A stretch of DNA of 64,000 nt from positions 515,481-579,480 of the forward strand of contig MU004232.1 in the NCBI GenBank assembly GCA_010405405.1. Reading direction: 5' to 3'. A model generated the notes under the pieces. It had not been told where the DNA came from and did no database searches. It was given only the letters and a program-made list of their open reading frames with translations. The stretch is from Microthyrium microscopicum (taxonomy: Eukaryota). The position numbers and the translations under genes are program-made. This document shows positions 45,350 through 58,299 of the stretch, in pieces (positions within the stretch are counted from its first letter, which is position 1; each line of letters starts with the position of its first letter).

Positions 45350-46464
45350 ATAATTATTGGCGAAGTGTCGAAGGATGACAAGTTGCCTTGTTTGGTCCCC
45401 GACCTCATGTTTGATTGGAATTCATCATACCAAAGGGGCTGGAGCATGTCTTGGTGTTCTGAGCCAACTGAAAGGGCAGAGAAGATTGTTGTGAAGGTAT
45501 AGAGAGGACGATGCGAATGTTTTGTTTGACCTGTTGAGATATTGATCCAGCATGAGGTCGTAAATATGTTTAGCAGAAGGACGATTTGCGTTTTTTTTTT
45601 GGCTAATATAAAGATGTCGAATGAGAAAATAGAGGCGTGTCTGGAACGCCCAAACAAGATTGCTTTGGTAGCTTCATCGAGTTTGCAGTATAGAAATAGT
45701 GATGCAGCTACTTCGAACCCCGATCCAAGTTCTACTACCCAGCTGACTCAGTGGTGCCGCCCCAGCAACAAAGCCCGTATCCTTCATTCTTCAGGTTATT
45801 TAGGAACCTTGAGTATTTCGTGTTCTTATCTAAGATTTGACTTGGAGAGTTCTATGATCTCTGAGATTGTAGTCTTTATAGCGCGAGATAAGCCAAAGAC
45901 AATGATAGTCCTCGTAAGAAGCATCACTATCAGATCGAAAAGCGGTTCAATGGATCGCGGGTCAATATTTGACAAATAGCGTGATCATTTCTTACACAAC
46001 ACTGTAGCCTCAAAGGTACGGTTTCGTGCTAGGGTCATGTCCCATTTCAGATAGTGACTTCTACCAGTTTCCTGAATCCACCAATGATACTTTTCAGTCC
46101 TCTGAAAAGACTTCTGAAGTCTTTGTGCCTATAACTTGATGGATGAAACTCTCAAAGAGCCTTCATTGTTCTTGTCATGAATATTTTTGACTGTACACGT
46201 TTGTCCAATTTCATCACAACAGTCAAAACACAGCATGACATGGCGGTGGTCATTACAAGGCCAGTATCTTTTCCGTCACAGACAACTAGAATGGCGGTTT
46301 CTAGGATACTACAGTAGTAAGCATAAAGGAATGGCCGTAGTACTTATCAATGGAAGAATGGGAACGGTTTTTACAATAGAAAAACATTTTTTGCATCATT
46401 ATCTAATTTGAACAAGTAGCCACGAAAGCGGCATGCGTCCACAAAACACAACTTTTAGAACCTT

Positions 46465-48157
46465 CTAGGCGGGACACTGTTCCAACAGCAACTTGATGAA
46501 GGCTCCAAGCGGAGCAAATACAGGATCCTGAGCTCCTCTTCCGTCACAGAACTCAAGCGTTCCCTTGAAAATGCTCCGAACTTCAACGTCCATAGCTTTT
46601 GCCAACTTGGTTATGCACAGCGGACAAAACATCGCAGGTTTTGCGACGGTGTGATACATGTGAGATCCCTTTTGCATTAGACAAGCAAATGCTTCACAAT
46701 GTAGAATGCCAAAATTGTGCCCAAGCTCGTGCAGAACTAGCCGAATTGTACGGACTAACCACACACTCTCCATGTCTTCTGATCGGGGCCCAACCATGAG
46801 CGATGGCAGTTGACCTCTCTTGTGGATAGCTTGGGCGAGTGGGTGACTGCCAGCGTCGCTGAGACGTATCGTTGTTGTTGGCCATTGTTGTTCACATCCC
46901 CAATGATAATCGAGGCTTTTGACCAAGTTGCCATTGGGCCACTCGTCACGGTCTCTATTAATGTGATTGAAGTGATCAAGTCTGGGATCCAGTTGCGTAG
47001 TCGACACGACAGCTATTCGCGCTAAAGGATCACTGACCCCTAGAATACTATTGTGATTCCAGTGGAGAGCATGGTCGGTGATGAGTGTCAATTGAAAACA
47101 ATCATCCGGTACCATGGCACTCAATTTGCTGAGAATATCGTTTGCATCTAGAGCCACAGGGTACGGACCAGCAGGAGCTTGGATGTTGAGGAGCTGCACT
47201 GGCTGGTCGTTTCCTTTCTTGAGACCAACGTTGTTATTGTCAGCATCCATCAAGACAAGTTCTAGCGTCTCTTCGAATTCCATAATATTCATCCCGGAAA
47301 AGAGGAGTTTGAGAAATGCCAGAATGTCTTTCGTATCTGGAGCAGGAACGGTAGGTCCACGGCAAACTTTCGAGTCAGGTTGAGCATAATGACGAAGCAA
47401 GTCAGCGTTGAATGCTAAACGAGCTATGCAAATTTTCTTCCGCTTTGGAGTGACTTTCACACGAGATCTCAGGTTTTCCTAGTCCCTGAAATTCTGCACA
47501 TTGATAGTCTGATTTGCGGAATGATTGATATTGCATTTGTGGTTGTATTTGCCGCCTTCAGCATGGTCGGAACCGCGACCGAGTGGATCATCGTCAGGAT
47601 CATGATCCCAATGCGCAAAAGCGCCAGATGCGAGGTTTTGAAGATATACGGGACAATTTCCTGGCGGATTGGGGTACGTAAGAGGCTTGTCAAGAGGAGT
47701 ATCTGGAAGAGCCTGATCAAGGTTAGTACATGGAAAAAGGATTATCGGGACTCAAAGGGTTGACAAAATACATGGAATATTCCCATCAACTGCGATAATA
47801 CAATCCGTAGTTGATAGGAGCCTGTCATGTAATTTTTCCGGCATCTGCTCTTGTACGGTAGTAGTGAAAACGTACCAATGGAGCACAAAAGTACTTTCGT
47901 CCTAGAGCGCTTGAAGGGACTTCAACGTTTTCCTGCTCTTCTTCTTTTGCATTACAGTCCTCCCATTGGTCTGACATGAAATCTTCTCTCACGGACGGAT
48001 GGCTGCTGACACCGAATTGAATTCTTGGGTCGGTCTTCGCGGAGCTAAGTTTCGAGTCGCCAGGCGCAGGATCCGCGACTGTTGATTTGCTGTTTCGAGA
48101 ATCAAGAGGATCAGTAGAAACAGGGTGATCACCCACAGAGCCAGAAATAGGCTCCAT
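46465..48157 (-). pseudogene. Archaemetzincin-like (peptidase M54) zinc metalloprotease with a premature stop
   Basis: HELGHNFGILHCEAFACLM and FCPLCITKL match the archaemetzincin zinc and Cys motifs. The exon from 47712 reads QNFRD*ENLRSRVKVTPKRKKICI, with TAG at 47481-47479. The first exon (48157-47876) is tentative. Confidence 0.7.
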
Positions 48158-48746
48158 AAGGACGGAAGTGCTTTGGATGATTTCGATGCTGATATGAAGA
48201 TGGAGTTGATGGTGAGGTTATCAAGAACGAGAGATCTTCACAGGTTTTAAATAAAATAGCCAAAAGCTCTGGCCGAACTCTCCTTGGCGAGCTAAACACA
48301 ATAGAGCTAGAACAACTGATGCAATCTTTTAAATTGGCCAGGCGCAGACCACGATGGAACGACGGAGGTGAGGACTCGCATAATGCGACTTGGCTAGGTG
48401 TGCTTGCACGCAAGAACAAGAGACCCGCATGATGGCTCTCGAAAGAACAAGCGATCGCAACCTGTTAAGGTGGACACCAAAGACCTAGACATTGGTTCTT
48501 GCGAACATATGTGGAGCAGGCACAGGCGATGGCTTGCCGAGCACACAGATCCGCATAATGATCCTCGCAAGAACAGGCGATGGCCACCTGATCCGACCAC
48601 TGATCAGTGCAGAACGTCTACAGCTAGGTGAGCGGATAAGATATTCATAAACAACGAAGTATGTAAAGATGTGAAATTATTTGAATTCTGATGAGCCTTA
48701 TATATGACCTGCAGAAGGTTTGATTGAGTACTTACAAGGGAGGCAT

Positions 48747-51198
48747 CTACCAAAGTTCACATGTCGGTTTCTTGGAAGGACAATTGAAACTTGACCTGAA
48801 GTCTTTGCTATTCGCCATAGTTCCCAAAATACGTGCCCATTTGGGAGCATGAGGATCAGTATAGATGCGATTGATGGCGGTCTCCTTGCGACTCGTTCCG
48901 CACCACCAGTTTGCATAGCTGACAAAGAAGAGTTGATCTTGGCTAAAGTGTTCCAATCCAGGGAGGTTATCGTTGGAGTTTTCCTTCCTGCGCATTTGCC
49001 AAGCGGCAAATGATGCAGATAGACCACCAGCGTCGGCAATGTTTTCTCCTAGAGTGAGCCGTCCATTGACATGGAGTGGTTTATCGTCTGGGCCATCAAT
49101 CGAGTAGTTGCCATATTGGTCAACAAAGCACTGGGCGCGCTTTTGGAACTCTTCAACAGTCTTTTTGGTCCACCAATCGGTATAGTTGCCATTCTGGTCG
49201 TAATGGCGACCAGTTGAGTCAAAAGCATGGGAAAGTTCATGGCCAGCGACGGCGCCAAATGCTCCGTAGCTGACAAATGGTGGGACGTTGACATCGAACA
49301 CTGGGAATTGCATAATTCCGGCGGGGAAGACAATCTCGTTGCCTGGAGGGTTGTAGTAGGCATTGACTGTAGGTGCACTCATTCCCCACTCTGCTCGATC
49401 GACTGGTTTGCTCAAAGAATTCCAAGATCTAGCCTCTTCGAATTTGCTGATAGAAAGTGCGTTGTCTAAGAAGGTGGAAGACGAAACAGATACCTCTTTA
49501 TAATAGTCCTTGAGATCTCCTGGATTCATGACATCAGGGGATTCTGTCGGATAGCCGATTTTTTGAACTATGTTGTGCACCTTGCGGATTGCCAAGTCAA
49601 TGACTTTATCGTCCATCCATGGTGTTTTCTTCAAGACTTCGACAAACTGGTCCTTGATATCTGAAACGATGGTATCGCCGAACTCTTTTGCTTTTGCTGA
49701 AAACGCCTTTTCGATGAAGAAGCGGCTCAGGATCCACCCAAGGCCACCATCAACGTGATTTACACAAGTTCTCCATCTCTCGGGAGTGGAATCGGGGTCC
49801 TAGAAATTAGCGTGAGTTTACGATGTAAAATTGAATATTCTTACCTTGCCTTGGAGTTCGTTAGAAAATCGTTTGTACGGCGTTACCGCAGGTGCATCAA
49901 CATAGGAAGCAAGAGCTTGTACAGCCTTCCAGATGAAGTAACTTTGGATCGTTGCGTCCGAAGTGTCAGAAAGAATATCCGAAAGCTTCTTCAGGTATGG
50001 TGGTGAAGCCACGATAATTCTCTTAATGTCGTAATCTGTTGGTGCGAGGCTCTTGAGAATTGAGGCCAAGTCAATTTGAGGAATCAAATTGGAGGCACTT
50101 TCAAGTGACATTGGGTTGTAATAGTACTGGTATGGTTAGCACTGCTGGGAAAGATCGAGATTTTACTAACTGTGACGTCTTCGCGTTCTTGCTGCGTTGG
50201 AGCTGCCTCTGCGAGTTTCTTTTCGAATTCAACAACATCGGCAAAAGAATCCTTCTCTCCACTTGGCATCAAGACGGATAGTACTGAAATAATCATGTCC
50301 TGATATTTCTTGACCAGTTTCTCGTCCTCGTAGCGTTCCTTTGCTGGAAGTCCGATGCGCCACGGAGGAGAAACACTGATGACCACGACATCCACGTCGG
50401 TATCATCCGGTCCAGTTCCTGGAGAAACAAGCGCAGAAACGCCAATACTTGAGAGATAGACGAGAGTATCCTTGATTGCCGAAGTTTTCTCGTCCTGAGA
50501 CATTTTCGACTCGGGACTTTTGGCTGGAAATTTCTCCTTGATGGTGTTGACAACCTTCAATAGTGGTTCCACGCCCAGATTTTTTATGGTGGGTTCGTCC
50601 AAGCAGGCATCGTAGGCATCTCTCATCTTCTGAAAATTTTGCTCGTCTGCAGACTTGCTTGAGGCACCAAGCCGAGCCGGTGAAAAGTAAGAGTGCATAG
50701 ACTTCTCCGGGTAATCAGCTTCCAAAATATGTCTAAGAAGTTGTTGAGAGTTTTCAGCCATGCTAGTGCCGGTGAAAGCATCTCCTTGATCAGGTCTCAA
50801 ATCGTGTCTCTCTCGCCACCCACCGCAGACCAACTCTTCGAAATCAGTACATGGATCAAGCTCTTTGTACTGTGGAGAGAGATTGTACAAAATCTCCGAA
50901 GAGGCGTGGATACATGCCGGGGTTAAACAGGTGTTCGCCTCTGATGGCTTTTTGTGAGAGCTATGTTGTTGAGGTACCTCAACATTAATGGTGGAGAAAT
51001 CTTTTCAAAGATTAACGCAAGCATGGTGCTTCAAGCTTTAGTCTGCATACCTGAGGCTCGCCAGTTCCATAAAGCCAAGGTAGTCAAAGCAATGAGCGAT
51101 AGGACGACAAGACCTCGTCTGCCGCCTTGTTGTCTCCGCTTTGGGGCTTCATATGATGGGAGCTCGAAGCTTAACGTCTTCTCGTCCCTGTAAGCCAT
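48747..51198 (-). CDS. Neprilysin / endothelin-converting-enzyme-like peptidase M13, type II membrane anchor (4 exons)
   Basis: Exons 51198-51051, 51000-50171, 50126-49845, 49799-48747. Motifs CLTPAC, DPCTDFEELVCGGW, VNAYY, HELSH, TLGENIAD and DPHAP. Confidence 0.93.
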
Positions 51199-51899
51199 CT
51201 CGGAATTTCTATGAGAGATGCAAAAGGTTTCTGTCAGGATGATGAAGGATTGTAGACTCGAAAGCCTTTTAAGTAGTGAGAAGTAAAGAGTGGAAAGAGT
51301 CAGCCTTGAGTCGTCTGTTGTTATCTGTTGTGATGAAGAACATGCTAAGGGATTAGATAATCGCAGGACCTAATTAGGGATAACATAATCCCCTAATTAG
51401 CGTGTCCTAAAAACTATATTAGGCCCTTAGACTCCTATAGTAATTAACTATACTTTATTTCTTATATTCTTATAATATTTAATAGTAATAATTTAATTTA
51501 ATTAAGACCTCTAGATAATAAATCTCTTATAAGAATTTCTAGATTTATCTTATTATTAATAATTACTTAGGATTAATATCTAGTAAGATATACTCTAAGA
51601 ATATTATTCTTTAATTAGCTAGCTTTATTATAGCCTAATACTTAGTAACTATATATTAGGAAATAATTCTTAGAATTTATATATAATAATATTTCCTACT
51701 ATAATATATCTTAAAAATATCTTAAATTATCTTTAATTTAAACTATTACTTTAAGAATTATTAAATATATTATAAGAATTATTTCTCTTATAATAATATT
51801 CTCTTTATCTTTACTAACCTTTATTACGTTAATTATATAGCTATTAGATAGAATATAGGAACTTTTCTTTAGAAAATTCTTTAGGATAACGTTATAAAA

Positions 51900-54800
51900 A
51901 CTTTACTATATAGATTAAAGCTAATAAGTAATAATATAAACTCTTAGCCTTAGGTTATCTTAGGAAATTAGATTAAGATTTTATCTATACTAAGAAAGTA
52001 TAAAAATTTACTTTAGAATAATTTCTTAACTCTAGATTTTATTTAACTAACTTTAGTATAGAAACTTTTAGACTTTAAGACTCTTTCTCTACTTTACTAA
52101 GATTATACTCTTTATTAAAACTATTACTTTCTTTTACTAAAATAAATAACTAATATAATAATATTATAGTTTAAGCTATAGAATAAAATACTTAGTAAGT
52201 ATAATACTAAGCCTAAGTTATTAATCTAAATCTCTAAGATAAATAACTTATTCTTATATTATTAAATAACTTTTCTAGTATACTAAATCTTAGTTTTAAC
52301 CTTATAACTTAAGTTACTAATATTTAATAATTAGGGCTCTAAGCTCTAAACTATTTTACTAATATATATTAAGTTAATTCTTAGACTATTAACTATCTTT
52401 TTACTAAACTATAAACTTCCTCCTAGGCTTAAAAATATACTTTTAAGAGACTTAACTATATTCTTTAAGCTTATAACTAAACTTTCTAACGTAATAATAA
52501 TAGAAATTAGTAGTTTATAAATAAGCTTATTCTTTTTTAGGAAGTATTATTTTACTTTACTACTAATAAGTAAATTAAATAAGATTATAGCCCTAAACCT
52601 ATAAAGGACGTTTAATATACTTAGTAGTAAAAAATAGTAAATTATATTACTAAATTAACTTTTTACTTTAATATAAGTAAGTTTACTTTATATACTTAAG
52701 ATTACTAAGTAAATAAAATTAAGGCTTATACTTAAACTTAAACTTTAATTTAGAAAACTTTATAAATAAGTATTAGTTACTTAAACCTTATAGGAAAGCT
52801 AAGTAAGGAGTTAGATAAGATTATTAAATTACTCTTTTAAACTTTTAGTTCCTAAAAACTTATTAAAATAATAAGAAACGTTCTTTAAGAATAAAGATAA
52901 TATTTAACTAAGTTTAAAATGCCTCTTAATAGTTTATTCTTTAGGAAACTAAGTAAGTATAATATTTAGGCTAAGAACTTTCTTTATACTTTTAAGGCTA
53001 GTAAAGATATCCTTCTTTTAGATTCTACTCTATCTAAGTAGTAAAAAATTATTAAGGTTAAAGAATATCTTTCTATTAAGTAATATTTCCTATAGACTAA
53101 TTTAGCTTAGTAATAGATTATAGAGAAGTTTAAGATACTTAAAAGTTTATCTTACTTTTTTATCTACTTTTAACTTATATTTAGTATTAAGAAAGATATA
53201 CTTAAGGTTAGTATCTAGTAAAATTATATATTATAAGTTTTATTTACTAAGGAATTTATTTATTATCTTTATATTTTATAGACTTAAATAAATTTTATAC
53301 TTATTAATTATAAAATAAGTATCTAAATCTAAGAAAGCTTTAAAGAATAAGTTACTCTTAAAGCTAAGTATAAGTATAGTGCTATTCTTAACTCTATAGT
53401 TAATATTTTAGCTTTTAAATAAGAAATTATTAAATATAATATAGACTCTTATAAGAATATATGTAATACTTATAATACTTATAAGCTAAAGTAGCTTAAT
53501 AAAATCTTTTCTAGTTTTAAGGAAAATAAAGAGCTTATTCTAAATACTAATTCTAAGGAATATCTTAAAGAAATTAATAATAAAAGCTATATTAATAATA
53601 AGCTTAAGTTAGATAATAAAAATTTAGAGTAGCTTAATACTATAAATAGCTATAGTTACTATTCTAAAGAATAATATAATACTTAATACTTTAAGAAATT
53701 TAACTCTAATAAAAAGTTATAGCCCTCTTATAAAAAAGACTCTAAAAATAAGAAAGCTCTTATAAATAACTTTAAACTTAAGTACTAAAATTATAATAAA
53801 CTTAGCTATTATACTATAAATTATAAAAAGCCTAACTAGTAATAATAAGGTTTAAAAAACTATTATTACTAGAAAATAAATAAGAATCTTCTAGCTTAGA
53901 ATTAAAATACCTTACTTATTTATATAATAATTAATAAGCTTTTCTTAACTATATAAGTAAATATAATAATACTTTTTTATATTTACTTATTTACTTATAT
54001 TATAAAAATTATTCTATTAAGACTATAGCTTTCTTAGACTTAGAAGCTAACTTTATTTATATTAGTTAAAAGATTATTAGAAAACTTAAAGCTCTTATAA
54101 TACTTATCCTAAAGAAAGAAGTTACTTTTATAGATAGCTATATAATTATAACTTCTTTTAAGATTTACTTACCTTATTATATTAAGACCTTTTATAGCTA
54201 CTTTAAGGCTTATATCCTAGATATTTTTAATCTTAATATTATTTTTAGACTCTTATAGTTCTAGTTATATAATCTATAAATTAATTAAATAATAAGGTAA
54301 ATTAAGCTTATAAAATAACGCTTAGAAGGCTTATATACTTATAAGCTTACTATAGAATGCTAAGTAGAGCCTCTTTATAATAAGGAAAGCTACTTAGAAT
54401 AAATAGAGTAGTTTATAGCTAGCTCTCTTTATATAATCTTTTAAGTACTTTAAAATAAAATAAAAAGAGTAAGAGATAAAGTTAAGAGTATTCTTTAGCT
54501 AATTTATAAAATATAGGAATAGCCTAATATTCTCTTAATAACTAATAACCTTAATATTAATAAACTTACTCTAAAAGATAAAGATATATAAAAACTTTTA
54601 AATAATTATTATAAGTTCTTTTATTATATTCTTCCTAAACTTTCTTTATACTTTAAGTTTAATTATAAAATTTTTATAAGGAACGCTCCTCTTTATAACT
54701 AAGCTTATTATTAGATATCTAGCCTATAACTAAAAGAGTAAAAAAAGTAGATTTAAAAACTACTTACTAAAAGACTTATTAAAGTCTTAAAAAGTCCTTA

Positions 54801-57800
54801 AGGTTTTCCTATCTTATTTATATTAAAGCTAGAAAAAAAATAGAGAATATATATTAATTACTATTTACTTAATATAGTTATATATAAGGATACTTATTTC
54901 TTACTATAGATTAATAAGTATCTTAATACTATTAATAGAGTAAGATTCTTCTCTAAGCTTAACTTTTTATTAAGCTATTAGTAAGTCTATATAATAAAAA
55001 AAGATATTAAAAAAATAGCCTTTAATACTAAGTTTAGAAAGTATAAGTTTTTTATTATACTTTTTAGATTAATAAATATGCTATTATTCTTTTAGTATAT
55101 AATAAATATATTTCTTTAGCCTTTTTTATTAACTTATATAATTATTTACTTAAATAATATTATTATTTACTTAGATACTATAAAGAAATATTATAAGTAT
55201 ATTATCTAAGTTTTAAAGATTCTCTAAAATAATAAGCTCTATACTTATCTTAATAAATATATCTTTAGAGTTAAGAAGATTAAATTCTATAGCTATAAAG
55301 TAGAAAGTTAGTAAATCTAACTCTTATATAAAAAGACTACCTTAATTAAGTCCTAGCTTATACTTAAGAACGTATATAAAGTACGTTAATTCCTTAGTCT
55401 TACTTTATATTATTAGTAGTATATTAAGAACTTTATTAAAATTACTACCTCTATCTTTAATCTCTTAAAGAAGGCTAACCTAAATATTAAAAAAAAGAAG
55501 TACTACTTTATTACTTAGATTTATTAATATACTATAGCCTTTAATAGAATTAAAACTTTATTAACCTTATTACTTATCTTAGTAGTATATAACTTATAAA
55601 AGCTTATAAAGCTCTAGATAAATACTTTAAATTATATAATTAGTTATAAGCTAGTATAAGAAAATAACTAGGGTAAATAGTACTTAGTTACTTTTAATAG
55701 CTATAAGCTAAGTAAAGCTAAACTTAACTATTTAGTATATAAGAAAGAGCTTTTTATAGTTAAGAATATAATTAGAAGATACTAATATTACTTCTTAAAG
55801 AAGACTACTAAAGTAATTATAAATTATAATAGCTTATAGTATATAAATATAATTAAGAATAATACTTAATATATTACTTAATAGATTAAAGAGTTCTAAG
55901 AATTTAATCTTATCTTTATATATTATAAGGGTTCTTAAGTAGTAGTTCTTAATACTCTTAGTTACTACTTAAACTTTTAAGAAGGATAGATTAATATTAT
56001 TTAAAAAATAGAGCCTAAAGATAGTAATAATAACTTATCTTCTAAGGCGTAAGCTACTTTATTAAAACCTTTATAAAAGTAAGAAAAATAGAAAACTCTC
56101 TATATATAGAGCTTATAGAAAGTATTAAAAAAGAAAGATTATATTATCTTTACTAGTATATAAAAAAAGCTTTAGAAAAGTATTCTTAATTATTTTTAGA
56201 TTAATCTTAATAGAGATATTAAAAGAAAATATAAGTATTTATTCTTAAAGAAAGATTTTACTAAAGCTAAGATACTTACTAGTTTACTCTATATTTATCT
56301 TCTTTATTACTAAGACTTTATTAAAAAAGTATATAATTAGTATAGGTACTTATTATATATAGGTCTTATTAGTATCCTTAAACTAGAAGATTAGTAGCTA
56401 GAAATAGAGAATAACTTCTAAGAATTTACCTAGTTCTATCCTATATATTAAGTTTAATAGATAAATTAAAGTAAGCTTAAGTATAAGTCCTACTATTAAG
56501 TATAAAACTTATAGCTATTTAAGGCTTAGGAAATTAACCTAATTAGTAAACTTTTATAGAGTCTCTTTAAGAATTAGTATATTATCTATATAATTAACTA
56601 TACTATAGAATAGCCTATTATAGAAGTAGTATTAAATACTATTACTTTTATAGTTATAAAATTTATTTATAAAAAAATTATCTTAGAATATAGTCTTTTT
56701 TAATTATTAACTTTAAATAATAAACTTTAGTTTATTTTAAATATAATTTTATCCTTATTATAATAAATAAAGACTAAGTACTACTTAATAGCCCTATATA
56801 ACTCTTAGTTTAATAAGAAGGTTAAGAAATTTAATAGCTTACTAAGTATATTCCTAACTAAGTTCTTAAAAGAAAAACTTATAGCTAGCTAGGATCTATA
56901 CCTAAATTAGATAGTTTATATTATTAGGGTATAAGCCTATACTATATTAAAAATATTTTTCTTTTTCTTTATTTATAGAAGAGATTCTAAAGACTTTAAA
57001 ATAAGCTAGATAAAGAAAAATAAATAGGCTAAATTAACTAGTATTATACTTTTTATCTATATAATTATAAAAGATTACCTAGAAAAGGTTAGAACTACTA
57101 AGTAAGTTTATTATAATACTTTATTAAAATAAGCTATAGCTTTAAACTTTATTAATAGTAATATAATTTTAAAAGAAAACTTTATTATTAAGTTTTCTAT
57201 AGATTTTTATATACTTCTTAAAAACTTAAATAAAACTAAGTTCTAGGTAGTATAGTTTAGCCCTTATAAAGTCTTAAAGGCTTATTTCTTAAGAATATAT
57301 ACTCTTAAGATACTTAATAAAAAAATACTTAAAAACCTTATCTATAAGAATTGCTTTATATAAGTATATATATAAAAAGAAAATAAATACTATTACTAAA
57401 ACTAGCTATATTCTAAATATAAGTAACTAAGTAAAAATAACCTTAAAGGCGTCCTAGATAAAAAATATAAAAGTAAGATAAATATATTTACTATAACTAA
57501 GAAAGACTAGCTTAATAGATTAAGAAACCTTTTAATAGAGTTAATTAATATTAAGAAGTTTAGTACTAGGAGATATTACTTAGGTTTATTTACTATTCTT
57601 CTTAACTTTATAAAAAAAGTTTAGAAAGCTAAAGTAGATATTTATAAATAATAAAAGAAATATTTTATAGTAACTATTTATAATCTAAGTAGTAACTTAA
57701 AGACTTCTATAGTATTAGAATATATTCTTCCTAACCTAATTCTAGCTTTAGTATAAAATAATCTAGAATAGATAAAGTAAATTATATAAGAGGTAGAATA

Positions 57801-58100
57801 TTCTATAGTACTATAAGATTTAGTAAAGAAAAAGAATAATAATATTTCTATTTCTCTAAATTAAAGCTTAGTAAGGGAGGAAATTCTCTTAGCTATAGTA
57901 AATTAAGAATTAATCTTTATATTACTAGAATAATAAGAATAGGAAAATAAATTATTAAGACTAAGGAGCTATAATAGGATTACTACCTTAATTACTTATA
58001 TACCTATACTAGAGGTAATAAATCTATATAAATAAGTATCTAATCCTAAAGAAGACTATTAAGGCATTAACTCTTTATTACTAGATACTATAAAAATAGA
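51900..58100 (+). mobile_element. Ty3/Gypsy LTR retrotransposon relic A (RIPed)
   Basis: Reverting C>T and G>A changes restores, in Gypsy order: gag CCHC knuckle near 53790, protease FLDSGA near 54030, RT (WRMCIDY near 54840, KTAF...MPFGL near 55015, YLDD near 55147), RNase H (DAS near 55620, NYPVHEKEL near 55725), integrase (WGIDLIG near 56525, PQSNGKVERFNG near 56800) and GPY near 57260. Boundaries approximate. Confidence 0.85.
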
Positions 58101-58299
58101 GGTTCTTTCTATAGATTACTCTATATTAAGGAGCTATAGATATAAGGAGTACAATCTAGATGTAGATATAATTTAAGAAAACTAAGATAGAGAATCTAGA
58201 AGAGGGATTAAGGCTAGTAGAAGATAAGCTCTATGCTAGCTAAACCTTAGGCGCTAAGCCCTTAGTATTACGTAATAAAGATACTAAAGATCTTATAAA

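Noticed and set aside
7464..51198. Three zinc metalloprotease genes (M43, M54, M13) as a functional cluster
   Set aside because: Unrelated families, and the M43 gene is about 38 kb from the others. Nothing beyond proximity links them.
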